Positions 11,610 to 23,750 of a stretch of DNA of 64,000 bases are shown one piece after another. How positions within the stretch are numbered: the stretch's first letter is position 1; each line of letters opens with the position of its first letter. The notes below the pieces were generated by a model. That model was given only the letters and a program-made list of their open reading frames with translations, was not told the origin of the DNA and did not search any database. Made by a program: the position numbers and the translations under genes. This DNA is from Sphyrna mokarran. Taxonomy: Eukaryota. Location: assembly GCA_024679065.1 (NCBI GenBank), contig JAGIQG010000011.1, positions 57,598,001-57,662,000 of the forward strand, written 5' to 3'.

Positions 11610-12680
11610 AATTTTAGATTCCCCTGGGATTGGGCTGGCAGGCAGGCATAAAATTTGATGTAATAACATGGTGTCCTTCCTGGCACCTGCTCACTCGCCT
11701 GTCCCTGACCCCACCACAATTGTACACACAGTGGGGATGATGTCAGGGAGCCCATCTACCAATAGGCCAAATGAGGCTGCAAAATGGTTCATGGGTGGCA
11801 CAGTGATTAGCATCACTAGGGCACTGGATGTCTGTCTGTATGGGGTTTGCATGTTCTCCCTGTGTCTGCATGGGTTTCTCTGGGTGTTACAGTTCCCACC
11901 CACAGTCCAAAGATGTGCAGGTTAGGTGAATTTGACCTTGCTAAATTGCCCCTTAGTGTCCAAGATATGTAAGTTAGTTGGATTGGCCATGATCAATGTG
12001 CAGGGTTACAAGGTTAGGGAGGGGGATTGGGCCTAGCTAGGATGCTGTTTTGGAGAGTCTGTGCAGACTTGATGGGCCAAATAGCCTTTCAGGACTTGTG
12101 GGGATTTTATGATTAATTGTCACTTAAAGATCTCCACGTGGCCTGCCACAATTATTCCCATGGTGACTAGAGACTGGACAGAAAATTGAAACTTGCCAGA
12201 TCCAATGCCTCAGGCTACTGGTACAAAAGGGAGGGACTTCGTCCTTTGTAGGTCCTCCTGGTTTATTAGAACCTCTCAATGTTTGCCTACTACCCATGCT
12301 TCCCCTCCGTTCCTGGCCAGTGCACAGTTCTGGTCTCTACCAATTTGCTGGGGTCTCCTAGCCTGGTCCCAGTGAAACTCCCCCATCTCCCCAATCTGGC
12401 TCCATGGACGATCATCATCAGGGATTGACTGCAGTCCCAACAGTGGCCACTGATGCCGTTCCTGGGTACTAGAGAGCTGCCAATTATTTGATTAGCCAAC
12501 AGTGCTCAAGATGGCACTCTCTTCCCAAATGGAGGCAGAAATCTTGCCCTGAGCCAATTAATATCCTACTGGGCAACTCACTGGAGAGAGAGAGGGAGGG
12601 TGGGCTTTTCATTGACTGATTTGCTGGTGGTGGCATCCAGCCAAAATGTAATATTCTGCTCAAATGCAAAATCTCACCTT
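11610..12680. repeat. Unclassified GC-richer interspersed repeat interrupted by a SINE
   Basis: Composition shift. ccaat/gggcaggc/aaaatc motifs resemble those at 7140-7280+8204-8800, 25010-25430, 33480-34050 and 35050-35420. Confidence 0.35.
11793..12114 (+). mobile_element. V-SINE-type SINE, tail A, head partly deleted
   Basis: ggtggcacagtgattagca, V-core, gatgggccaaatagcc...gattttatgatt. Confidence 0.85.
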
Positions 12681-12699
12681 TACTACTACATGATCAGAT

Positions 12700-15438
12700 T
12701 CAAATGACCAAACATAACAACTTTTTCAAAAATTGCAATACTTTCATGAAGAAAAGCCCATGTTGTTAAAAATGTTATTGCCTTGATAGAATAGTGTCCA
12801 AGGAAGTACACGAAGGATTCTGCTGAAATAGATTAATCTAAAGTCTCAAATCCTTAAGAAATGAATAGGCATTAATATATAAACCCAGATGACTGATGTC
12901 TCTGTAATATCAAAGTATATATGAAAGCATCGCTAGAGTGTGTTGAATGTTGAAGTATTAATAAATTATCTGTCACATGCCTTTATATGAAAAACACTCC
13001 AGTTACTTCAAAGAATATATTAATAAGTATTTGAACCATCTAAAGACATTTATATTACCAATATTTGCAAGTTTAAGTCAATTGATAAAGAACAATTATA
13101 CTAAAAATTTAAATTGCAAAGTTATGTTTTTTGCAATGTACAGTTCCAAGACTGTACAATTCTAAACAATAACCTACATTACTTTGGTCCCAACTCCCAC
13201 ATGTTGAAGAAAACTCAGAATGAAAGGGAAAGGTCTCATATGTTTTGTATTTTGGATATAGATTATTCTAATAGAGTAATTTTGGAAATTTCTTTTTGAA
13301 ACTAACTCAAACATGTAGTAAATGCACCATATTCAGCCTTTAGCAACCAGTACTTCTAAGAAATTTAGGTTTTAAATTTTACAGCTTTGCTGACCACAGT
13401 TCGGCATCTTTATTTTGATATGGAGGTAGAGGTGGTGTGTAGAGAGAGGCTGGGTTTTCGGAGCCTTTCCTTCATTATTATATAAACATGTTGCATGCTA
13501 CAAATACATTTAATCCAAATGGACAGTTGTGATTTATATTCTATTTACATGACATGACTTAAAATAAATTTCAAGTAGATCAGTACAAACCCGCACAAAA
13601 TGAAACCATTGGGCTTAAATTTCTACAGTGATCTGTAATAATTACCATATGATAAGACCATGCATTAGCAAATACCTCAGGTGTCCTGCTAGGATTGATG
13701 AAATGTGAGACTTCAAATTATTATTTTGAGTAAAATCATACTTGGACTTTCTGAACCTTTCATTTTGATACTTGTTAAATTCAAAATCTGAAATCCAAAC
13801 ATTTGTTCACTAATGTAGCTGCTGAACAGGAGCAGAATTTAAAGTAAGATGCATTGTATGAAATGAACATTCAACCAGAGAATAATATGGCATGACTTAC
13901 ACCCTCTGATTGCTGTCAAAAGATATGAGGAACTATTTAATGGAGCGTTAAAATGAGGTTCTGATGACTAATGACCTTTACCATGGCTGCCTGAGTATTT
14001 TTTTCCCTATACGTAAGCACATTCACATTCTAATGGGAATACATGAATTAAAGTGTTTTCCTAGAATGCTTTTCAAAGTCACCACTAGATTTCTACGGGC
14101 TGTAAGGACTGCTTTTGACTATTTTTTTTTATCCCACTGAAGTTCAGTCACTGCACTCTTCTATTTAGAAGTTGCTTCCTGGAAGAAGAAAATATTGGCA
14201 AGTAAGGGGCAAAAAATTCAAATCATTAGTGTCCAATGTCTGAATATAGAAAATAAATTCAGAACCTCAAATGTGTAGACTGACAAAACATATAGATTCC
14301 TCTTACAAAGAAATACTGAATTTTAACTGGATAAATGCACAGTACTTATAAAGAGCCCATTTTTTTTTTCTGTAGTAAAGATTTCACTTTAGTCTGCTTG
14401 ATAGAATGAACATGTATTTCCTTTAGCTATTAGTGATAACAGAAGTGGATTGTCTTTACAGTCCCTCCATTTTCCCGCAGTTGAGAGTATGGATTTTTTT
14501 TTTCTACAGTAGATGTTTTTTTTTAATATATCCAAAACGGTCAGTAGAGGAATAGCAATACTGGATTCCTCATTCGTTACAATGGAACTAGCTCAATTGC
14601 ACATGCTACAGGTCAAAAAACACAACACCCTGTTTGAGGATAATTCCTCCAGCTGCAAGATACATCCACACAGCTTTTTTTTGTTTTACATTGGCTATTC
14701 TGGCTCCACAACTCTATAGAGTAGTGAATAAAAAACACAGTAAAGAAAGAACTGCCCACTGATATCAAGCTCAAAGTATCACCTTAATTAAAAATTAAAT
14801 CTATATAATTTCAAACAAAATCTTCCGGCTGCTAACCATGGATCGGATCCTCAGTCTCCCATGTATACAGCTGTCAACAGGAATATTTAACATATACTTC
14901 ACATAATTGCACACTAACTGGCATAAATAAATTCACAGATGAAACAATAAAATTATTTTTCATAATTTTCACATGTACAGTACGTAAAGTTATATCCACA
15001 CAATGTGTTGAAAACTGGGACCTTATTCAAATTTTTGAGAATATGTGACACAGACTAAAAGCCAAGAGCAAAGCTTGTGATATAATTCTTCAACCTGGCT
15101 GGGTTGGTATCCTTCACCAGTAATGCTTGTTAAACAGTTAAAATGCTTCTGAAGCCATATAAATTATTAATGACTAGGATGGCTTTTACCAAATCACGCA
15201 ATGTCTAATGCAGCATTTCATCGCTGTGGATAAAGAATTGTATAAAGTCTGCTTCCGATCATATCCTGCAGTCTTTAAAGCATTGAATGCTAGTGGCATC
15301 AACCATCATTTCTGACCAGTTGACCTAAAGACGGCGGCTGTTTAAAAAAAAACATGTAAACTATTTAAGTTATACTCCTTTCCATTCTGAATAACTTGTA
15401 AAATGTAGTAAAGAACAAATAAATGGAGTGACTGAACA
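12700..15438 (-). other. CSRNP3: Probable CSRNP3 3' UTR (extent uncertain, may reach ~10200)
   Basis: Directly follows the stop codon. About 2.7 kb with no recognisable transposon in an otherwise repeat-dense window. U-rich on the minus strand; AATAAA at 13414-13409. Confidence 0.6.
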
Positions 15439-16530
15439 CTAAACAAACACAGTTTCCACTACTGATGTTTTAATAGTCTCTTCTAACAGTCCGTTGCCCT
15501 CTGGGAGGATGACGGTATTTTCCAGTACCTGCTTAGGTGCATAAACATCACCATTTGAAGCAGCAACATAGTCATCTTGAACATGGTTATTTAAATAGCT
15601 TTGAAGCTCTGCTTCAGAGTTGTTAGGTTGTTGCTCAGCATATAAACTGTTGCACTGAGCATTATTTTCATGTGCTGAAGGACAACAAACTATCACAGAA
15701 GGTGTCGTTATGGGGTAGTGAGCACCGGTAAAGCTTCCCTCTGGCTGGTGTGCATATTCAATATATTGCTCTACAGCTGAGCCGTAAGGCACCAAGGAAA
15801 GTGCTCCATTCTCCTGACCCCTCTCTGTATAATTTGATGTTAAAGTGGCTTCTACACAGAAAGGCTCGTTGCCACAATCTGTAGTAGCAGTTGTAGTGCT
15901 GGTAGTAGCAGCAGTGGTAGCAGCAGCAGTATTACCCTCTATCTGATAATATAGTGTTGAAGAATTAGTGTAATAAGTGGTATCTTCTGCTGGCGTGCTA
16001 TCATGTGCGGAAGTGCCATCGGCATAGCATAGCACAGAGGAAAGGGGAATAGATTCAGTTTGTGCCACAACAGGGGCAGCCAATGCTTCGCTAAAGCTTT
16101 CAGCTTTGCTGTCTGCCTCTTCGTCCGACTCACTGGCTGCCAAGCTCTGAACGCTGGAGTCTGTTATGCCACTGCACAAACTGCTCCCATCGTCATCGTC
16201 ATCCTCCTCCTCATCTTCTGCTTGCCAGTCCAGCTCCTCTGCTGACTGAAGGTGCATCACTGCCGTTTCGGGTTCGTTTTCAATGTCAAAGCTATCCGCA
16301 ACAGAATATTCGTGGGGCTGCTGGCTTTGTATCAGGTGACTAGCGTGAGCATTCATCTCTGCAGAGAAACCATTCTCTATCCCGAGCTGCTGCTGATTTT
16401 TCTCCAACTCAAGCTTCATTATTGTGTGCAAAAAATGTGTCCGTACTCTAATAGGGTTGAACTCAATCCTGCCTGCAGTATTACTGCAGCCTTCTTTTGT
16501 GCACCCACATGGGAAAGACATGCGGTCCAC
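15439..16530 (-). CDS. CSRNP3: CSRNP3 terminal coding exon (363 aa + TAG)
   Basis: Acceptor cttttcctctag. Translates [45 protein letters not shown]... and ends ...[10 protein letters not shown]. The C-terminal motifs (SVLCY, STLYYQI, LSLVPY, PSVIVCC, VVETV) are CSRNP3-like rather than CSRNP1/2-like. Confidence 0.95.
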   Translation of the reverse strand: MDRMSFPCGCTKEGCSNTAGRIEFNPIRVRTHFLHTIMKLELEKNQQQLGIENGFSAEMNAHASHLIQSQQPHEYSVADSFDIENEPETAVMHLQSAEELDWQAEDEEEDDDDDGSSLCSGITDSSVQSLAASESDEEADSKAESFSEALAAPVVAQTESIPLSSVLCYADGTSAHDSTPAEDTTYYTNSSTLYYQIEGNTAAATTAATTSTTTATTDCGNEPFCVEATLTSNYTERGQENGALSLVPYGSAVEQYIEYAHQPEGSFTGAHYPITTPSVIVCCPSAHENNAQCNSLYAEQQPNNSEAELQSYLNNHVQDDYVAASNGDVYAPKQVLENTVILPEGNGLLEETIKTSVVETVFV

Positions 16531-17164
16531 CTAGAGGAAAAGTGCACAGATCAATTATTATACAAACTAATGCATACATTTCATCCCAGGTTCAGGTACC
16601 ACTTAACGTTGTGGTGTCTGATGATATTCAGCCGCAAAGTGCCTAACATTCACTATTTCCCTGATTTTATTTATTGGCATAGAATGCTATACTGTACCAC
16701 CAAATATATACACAAAGGTTGCTCTTCAACCATTTGCAATTGAAACAGAAGACTTCAGTCTCAGCATGGGGAGGAAACAACCTCTTGTGGTGTAGAACAC
16801 GTATAAAGACTATTTACTTGCCATGATGAAAATATAAAGATAATTTTAAAAACATGCTGAGGGGTCAGCAGAGTCCATTATGTCTGAATTATTTTAATGA
16901 AATAAATTCCCAACAGTAATCATATAGGTTCAAGCAACAGTGTTGTTAGCACAGGAACCACGCTAAAGCACTCTCTCAACTCCCCATGCAACAAACCACA
17001 ACAATAAATATTCTGTGACAGGCAGGCAGGGAGAGAGAACAACAGCTCATTTAACTTGAATCAAGACAACATGTGTCCATAAATGGGACAGCAACTTGAT
17101 AAAAATACATTTGCAACTAAATAAGATCTAGGGTTCATATAAATGACATATGTTATCCACTTAC

Positions 17165-17461
17165 CTGGCATTTAATCCCTGCTTGGCTGCAAGCACAAAG
17201 CTCAGGATCACAGTATATTCGGCAATCACAGCCACAATCCTCCCTGGATACACGAATTGCACGGAGCTCATGCTTCTCCTCTCCATCGATTTTTTTAACC
17301 CCAGATGCACGTAATAATGCCCTTCTCTTTTTGGTTGGCAACGGTTGCAAGAAGAAGTAGTCATCAACTTCTGTATTATCTAGATCAATGTCGTCATCAG
17401 AAATATCATCTAATGTGAGCGTATTGGCTTCCTCAGACTCTACTGTGCCATTTTTTGTTAG
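17165..17461 (-). CDS. CSRNP3: CSRNP3 coding exon 3 (297 nt)
   Basis: Acceptor ttttcatttgcag, donor CAG|GTAAGT. Translates [12 protein letters not shown]...[20 protein letters not shown]...[27 protein letters not shown] (basic NLS-like segment and Cys-rich region). Confidence 0.96.
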
Positions 17462-18744
17462 CTGCAAATGAAAATATTGACAAGATAAAGATGAAAAAAT
17501 TAGATAAGTATTGTCAATACTTAACTGAAAAAAATTCAAGTGCAGTTACAACATTTATTGACTGATTGACATTAATTAGCAAAATAATAATATTTAATTT
17601 AAAATATATATTTTCAGTATTTGAAAACAAACAATTGTTCAGTGCAATAAATTCTGGAGAAAAATGTTTGAATTAAAGAATAGAAAAAAAATAATTTCCA
17701 ACATGATAATATAGAAAACAAGGAATGATATTGTGGCTTCAGAAAGGGTAAAATATAATTTCACTGGGGTGAAGAGTTGGCTCTTTTGAGGTAAAACATT
17801 ATTGCGCAATATATAGAATTTTTACAAACTATGAAAGAATGGGTTTGAATAGACAGAAGCAAACTATTTCAAGTACCGGAGTGTCAAAGTCAAAATTAAA
17901 TGCAGCAGACATCTCGTCTGTAAAATCTAGGAGCAATGTCCATTAACATGATATTGTACTTTGACTCATTATTGAAGTCAGTACGCTGTGGAATATTAAC
18001 TTATTATCTCCAATAACAAATGCACAAATTCTTAAAACACATACTAAATAAAGGAAATATATTTTTTAAACTATCAATTCAACAAGCAGCGGCTGTTGCA
18101 AAGGCAAAGCTTTCAAGCTGTGGGCTACTGCCAGGATGAAATAAAAATCAGACTTGTCTGGGCAGCAGAAAACAGGACAATGACTGCTCTAAAGCTACGA
18201 GTCTCTTGGGTTTCACTACATCCTAAGTTTTAATGATTGTATTTATAATCCATGATGTAACGTCTTTATTCAGTCTACATTTTTCACAATTTCCTCCCAA
18301 GGCATGCTCGTGCTACTTAATACCCAGAACTAGAACAAATGGTTTATGACACTTGTTATATTAGTTTGAAGACTGGGTAGAGAAAATCCACCCAAATGCA
18401 TGTTTCTCTGCAATCACTTTTCTATTGATCTAATATATGTGGACATCTGATAGTAAGAAAAGCATAAAATTATATTATACAACAGTGACACTGCAGTAGA
18501 TCCAAGAAGCAATACTGATGATAAATTGCAGTTAGATCAATGCAAATTCATTTTACTTTCACTAGCACTGTGATTACTCAATTGCCTGTGCAAAACTGAC
18601 TGAACAGTTAGACCTGCTGTGGTGCTTTCAATTCAATGAGTTGATGTGGCAGTTATTTTATACAATGGACCTAATTAGTTGTTTGTTAAACCAATTCCAA
18701 TATTTACTATTAAGAGTGAAGGACATCAGTCAACCAGCTGGATT

Positions 18745-19040
18745 TTTAAAGTTTATTTATTATTGTCACTTGTAGGTTTACATTCACACTGCAATGAAGG
18801 TACTGTGAAAATCCTTCAGTCACCACACTCTGGCACTTGTTTGGTACACTGAGGGAGAATTTAGCACAGTCAATTCACCTAATCTGCATGTGTTTGGAGT
18901 GTGAGCAGAAACTGGAGCATCCAGAGAAAACTCATACAGACACAGGAAGAATATGCAAACTTCATACAGACAGTGATCCAAGCTGGGAATGGAATTCAGG
19001 TCCCTGGTGCTTTGAGGCAGCAGTCCTAACCACTATGCAG
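18745..19040 (-). mobile_element. V-SINE-type SINE, tail B
   Basis: aaagtttatttattattgtcac...cactgcaatgaag...gagggagaatttagc...V-core...ctaaccact on the + strand. Confidence 0.85.
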
Positions 19041-19454
19041 CTTTTGTGGCTATTTCCTTTTTCTGGTGTTGATGCACTAGTTTACAAAGTTTGCCAAGCT
19101 CAGGTTTGCAAACACAGTGGTGTCAAAGCTCATCATCATGTCACTTGAATGCAGTCTGATTTCTCAGGCTTTTCTGCTTCCAGAAATACTGCTTATAAAA
19201 ACAGTGACCTTAATGCTTAGACAGTCTAGCACTTTCAACTTTTCAAATTGCTGTTTAAAAATTTTTGATGGCATTCCAATTGGATGCATTGCTGTGGGTG
19301 CTATATTTAGGATTAATTTGGTGAAACCTAAGCAAATGACCTTTTAAAGACCATAAGCATATAAATTCATGGATCCCCAGTGAATCAGAGTAATTGCAGT
19401 TCTACGAGACTTTCACTCACTAATATCCAAAGATCTCAATTCACTCAGAAATAC

Positions 19455-19650
19455 ATAGAATCATAGAATTCCTACAGTGCAGAAGGAAGCCATCCAGCTT
19501 ACCAAGACTACACAGACACTTCAACAGAATATCTCATCCAGGCCCTCTCCCTTGCCCCATACCCGTAATCCCACGCATGGCTAATCCATCTAATCTACAT
19601 TAAGGGGCAACTTAGTATGGCCAATCCACCTAACTTGCACATCTTTGGAC
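19455..19650 (-). mobile_element. SINE 3' fragment, tail A
   Basis: atagaatcatagaattcctacagtgcagaagg...ttgcacatctttggact. Confidence 0.75.
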
Positions 19651-20649
19651 TCAGCTAATTTCAATAATATTTGTAAAATAAGAGTATGAATTCTTTTCAC
19701 TAGAGGTCACATATCTAGGGCTGGTTAAACAGTTATACGAGCTCTTGGACGAGACTTGCAATACAAGGGAAAGACCAAGCATGCAACTTTCACAGACGCA
19801 TGGAAGCTCTGCAACTTCACATTTGAGAACAGAGATGCTTTTTTTGGGGGACTAAGAAAGAAACAATCATGTGCAGCAAAATGAGGCATTTTGCAATGAA
19901 ATGGTCAGGAATGCAATTGCCATAAACCCCAAAGCCCTCTTGCATTGTTGTAACTACTTAATTGGCTTTGTTGGGTCAGCAAAGATAATACTTCCAGATG
20001 AATAACAAGCCGTAAATGAATCCCAGCATATTATACACTCAAGTAGTAAAACTCATCATTGCAAATGAGATGCATATTTGGGAAAGAGAGAAACCTTTGC
20101 AGTTCACATGTTTTGAATAATGTAAGAATTCAGAATGAGGGCCACAGATTCATGATTTAATCCTAAGAGATTTAGGACAGAAAGCAGAAATAGTTTTTTC
20201 ACATAGAGGGTTATGAAATTAACTTCCAGAATTAGTGCTAGAAGCAGACATTGGTTATAACTTTCCCTGAACTTCTCTCATTTCATTGCTATAACTTCTG
20301 AGAGAAACTCTATTTGCATCTTCCAACTCATTAGAATTTACACCATGGCGTTTCTCAATGGAACAAGGCATACATCAACCCTTTTAAAAATTCCCACCAA
20401 GTATATTTGCAATTGCTGACTTGGAGCCTTCACTAACCCAGGAATTTCAGGACTTACTGGATTATCATTAATAATTAATATCAAAATTGAAATTTGTCAA
20501 GGCACTGCCTCCGGTCAAACTTGACAAACAAGTCCATGAAATTTTAAAACCATAAGTTCCACATTCTGTGGTATGAATTGAGGCTGTACTCACCACTGTC
20601 AGCTCTAAGTGTTTCCGAGTGTGGATAACAGAGTGTTGGGTCATCTTAC

Positions 20650-20909
20650 CTTCAATTTCAGTGAGTTGAGTTTTTCTTCCTTCAGGTGCTCTTTCAGCAT
20701 CTCTCCATGGAGTCTCTCTTGCTCCAAGGCAAATTCCCCCAGTGTGTACTGTCGTACACATTTGTGCCGATTGGACATACCCAGTGTGCTGCCACCCTGG
20801 CTGGGGACACTAGTGAAGCCCTGTCTCCGTGTGAAGTAATAGACAGTCACGTAGTCAAAGCGAACATTCTTTGTCCTCATTCGTTTCTCCCTTTTCAGGA
20901 TTGATGATG
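20650..20909 (-). CDS. CSRNP3: CSRNP3 coding exon 2 (260 nt)
   Basis: Acceptor tttatctctacag, donor AAG|GTAAGA. Phase fits exon 1. Translates (P)SSILKREKRMRTKNVRFDYVTVYYFTRRQGFTSVPSQGGSTLGM...KLNSLKLK, the conserved CSRNP_N domain. Confidence 0.96.
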
Positions 20910-21034
20910 CTGTAGAGATAAAAAGATAAACTAACTCAGATACTGTTCTATGCCCAACGTGTTTCTAAAAATATACCACAGTGATCATTGGACAGGAGAA
21001 AAGAATATTCAGTGCGAACATAAATGATTGAAAC

Positions 21035-21210
21035 AAGTACAGGAAATCTGGAAAATCTTAGGTCTGACAGTATCTGTAGAAAAACAATAGAGCTAACATT
21101 TCAAGTCAAGATGACTTGAAGAGTTATCAAATGCTGTCAAGACCTGCTGAGTTTTTCCAGCATTTTCTGTTTTTATTTCAAACACCAGTACCTGCAGTAT
21201 TTTGCCTTTA
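21035..21210. repeat. Palindromic Penelope-derived short repeat
   Basis: ctggaaaatct..aggtctgacag..atctgt arm faces tgctgtcaagacctgctgagtttttccagcattttctg. Related to 23648-23750, 25870-25995 and 30190-30290. Confidence 0.6.
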
Positions 21211-21499
21211 CATGAATGATTGAGCCTTGCTGACAAATGCTATCATTATTTTTCCAAACTTTGCAAACAATATTCAGAGGGATTTTTATAAAAAGTTATT
21301 TTTTTTCATTAAAGTACTGCACATTCCTTGATTTTTAGTGGATACATATACCTCCCAAGGTACACCATAAAGATCAGGACAGCCCCTAAACTTAATATCT
21401 GGTTTGTGCTGAGATTGATGACCTTAGTTAGGATTGTAATATGGGATCTAATCAACTACTATGCTCTTTGTTCATGGAGTGGAAAACTCCCCAGGATTG

Positions 21500-22433
21500 G
21501 ATAAGAATATAAGAAGCATGGTTAGTAAGTTTGCAGGTGATACTAAGATTGGTGGCACAGTGGACAGTGAAGAAAGTTATCACCAATTGTAATGGAATTG
21601 TGATCATTTGGGCCAGTGGGCTGACAAATGGCAGATGGAGTTTAATTTAGACAAATATGAAGTGATGTATTTTGGTAGACTGAACCAGGGTAGGACTTAC
21701 TCAGTTAATGATAGGATGTTGGGGAGAGTTATAGAACAAAGAGACCACAGATACATTCATAGCTCTTTGAAAGTGGAGTCACAGGTGGACAGAGTAGTGA
21801 AGGTAGCGTTCGGCATGTTTGGTTTCATTGGTCAGAACATTGAATATAGGAGTTGGGATGTCTTGTTAAAGTTGTACAAGACATTGGTAAGGCCATACTT
21901 GGAATACTTTGTGCACTTCTTGTCATCCTATTATAGAAAAGATATTATTAAACTAGAAAGAGTGCAGAAATGATCTACTAGGATGCTACTTGGACTTGAT
22001 GGTTTGTGTCATAAGGAGAAACTGGATAGACTGGGACCTTTTTTCTCCGGGGTGCAGGAGACTGAGGAGTGATCTTATAGAGGTCTCGAAAATAATGATG
22101 GGCACAGGTTAGCCAGATAGTCAATATCTTTTCCCAAAGGTAGGTGAGTCTAACACTAGAGGGCATAGGTTTAAGGTGAGAAGGGAGAGATACAAAAGTG
22201 TCCAGAGGGGCAATTTTTTCCACACAGAGAGTAGTGAGTATCTGGAACAAGGTGCTAGAGATAGTAGTAGAGGCAGGTACAATTTTGTCTTTTAAAAAGC
22301 ATTTAGATAGTTACATTGGTATGATGGGTATAGGGCCAAATGCAGGCAATTGGGATTAGTTAAGGGTTTTAAAAAAGGGTGGCATGGACAAATAGAGCTT
22401 GTTTCTATGTTGTAAATCTCTATGACTCTATGA
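21500..22433 (+). mobile_element. CR1 LINE 3' portion
   Basis: VSKFAGDTK, ORF 21608-21973 (WQMEFNLDK, LYKTLVRPYLEY), (ctctatga)n tail. Confidence 0.92.
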
Positions 22434-22699
22434 TTGTTATTTAGGGGTCCATGCTGGAAAGTATTCTTTCATGGGCTTCATGTAAGGACAGGATCTGACA
22501 CAGCTAATGCACTCTGTTCTTATGCTTGCACAACCTGCTAATAATACTCATTACTATAATTTCTGAAGTATGGCTGCCTCAGTTAGATGTTAAAGATGAC
22601 TTGCATCCATGAACAATACCAAGATATGAATCAGGAAGGAAAACACATTGAAAAGAAGGATAGTTATAGGGTAAAAGTTGCTTAATAGTGATCTCTAGT

Positions 22700-23120
22700 G
22701 GCTTTTGTTTTATTCATTCCTGGGGCATGGGTGTTGCTGACTGGTGGCCAGCAGTTATTGCTCATTCTTAGTTGCCTTTGAGAAGGTGGTGGTGAACTGC
22801 TTTCTTGAATAGCTGCAGTCCAAGCACTGTGGGTTGACCTATCAGGGAGGGAATTCCAGGATTTTGACCCAGTGACTGCGAAGGAATGACGATTTATTTC
22901 CAAGTCAGGACGTTGAGTGGTTTGGAGGGGAACTTACAGATGGTGGTATTCCCATGTATCTGTTGCCCTTGTCCTTCTAGACGCAAGTGCTCATGGGTTT
23001 GGATGGTGCTGTCTAAGGATCTTTGGTGAATTGCTACTGTGTATTCTGTAGATAGTACACAGTGCTGCTACTAAGCATCCGTAGTGGAGGGATTGAATGT
23101 TTGTATATGTGGTGCCAAAT
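22700..23120 (-). mobile_element. Second LINE family (CR1/L2 group), 3' end
   Basis: Minus strand reads SKSWNSLP, then ggactgcagc..ttcaagaa..caccaccaccttctcaa...gaatgaataaa, the same tail as 47885-48020 and 57260-57445. Confidence 0.8.
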
Positions 23121-23647
23121 GTTTCTCTAAAATGTATAAATATTCCCATCAACAATTTTATCAATCAGAAATAAATTTATGTAAATCTAAATGATTATTG
23201 ATTAATTGCAGGGATTGTGCATTCCTACATTTCTGATAGGCAGATCCACAACTGGTGCAGAGGTAAGTGTTGAACTTGGATCAGTGTGACTATAACTTCT
23301 TCTGCTAAAGATTCTGTATGCTTCTATTTATAATAAGCTGAAGTACTTGCATCTATTTCTGGTGTGAGCCTCATTAAGGCTTCAGGTTTTCTGCAAAAAT
23401 ATTCAAACGAACATCTCGCACTGTTCAGCGGCGCTTGTGTGCCAGATTTGCTCTTTTATATTTGGCATACCTTTCTTGGAATACCAGCAAAGGAAGTTCC
23501 ATGGATGCAGGAGCTCTTAAATAGTCTTTGGAAAGATTTTGTTTTGTAACACGTACAGAAGCTCTGGTGAGCCACTCTTTTGTTGGACTTTTTTTCCTGT
23601 AACTTTGTTCAAACATATTCACTTTTTAAGCCAAGTTCATTTTTAAA

Positions 23648-23750
23648 TCTCTGAAGAAGAGTCATACTGACTCAAAACATTAAATGTTTCTCTCTCCACA
23701 GATGCTGGAAGATCTGCTGAATTTTTCCAGCATTTTCTATTTTTATTTCC
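23648..23750 (+). repeat. Penelope-derived short repeat with hammerhead-like core
   Basis: ctgaagaagagtc-atact-gactcaaaac, then tctctccacagatgctg...tccagcattttct. Confidence 0.65.

Noticed and set aside
16252-16743. Antisense 163-aa ORF over CSRNP3 exon 4, and the many 60-160 aa ORFs elsewhere
   Set aside because: No recognisable domain or splice support. They are shadows of coding exons or repeats, or chance ORFs.
21350-21500. LF-SINE-like ancient SINE fragments (also ~22435-22650, 48060-48210, 58720-58960)
   Set aside because: The resemblance is faint and from memory; too decayed to call without an HMM search.
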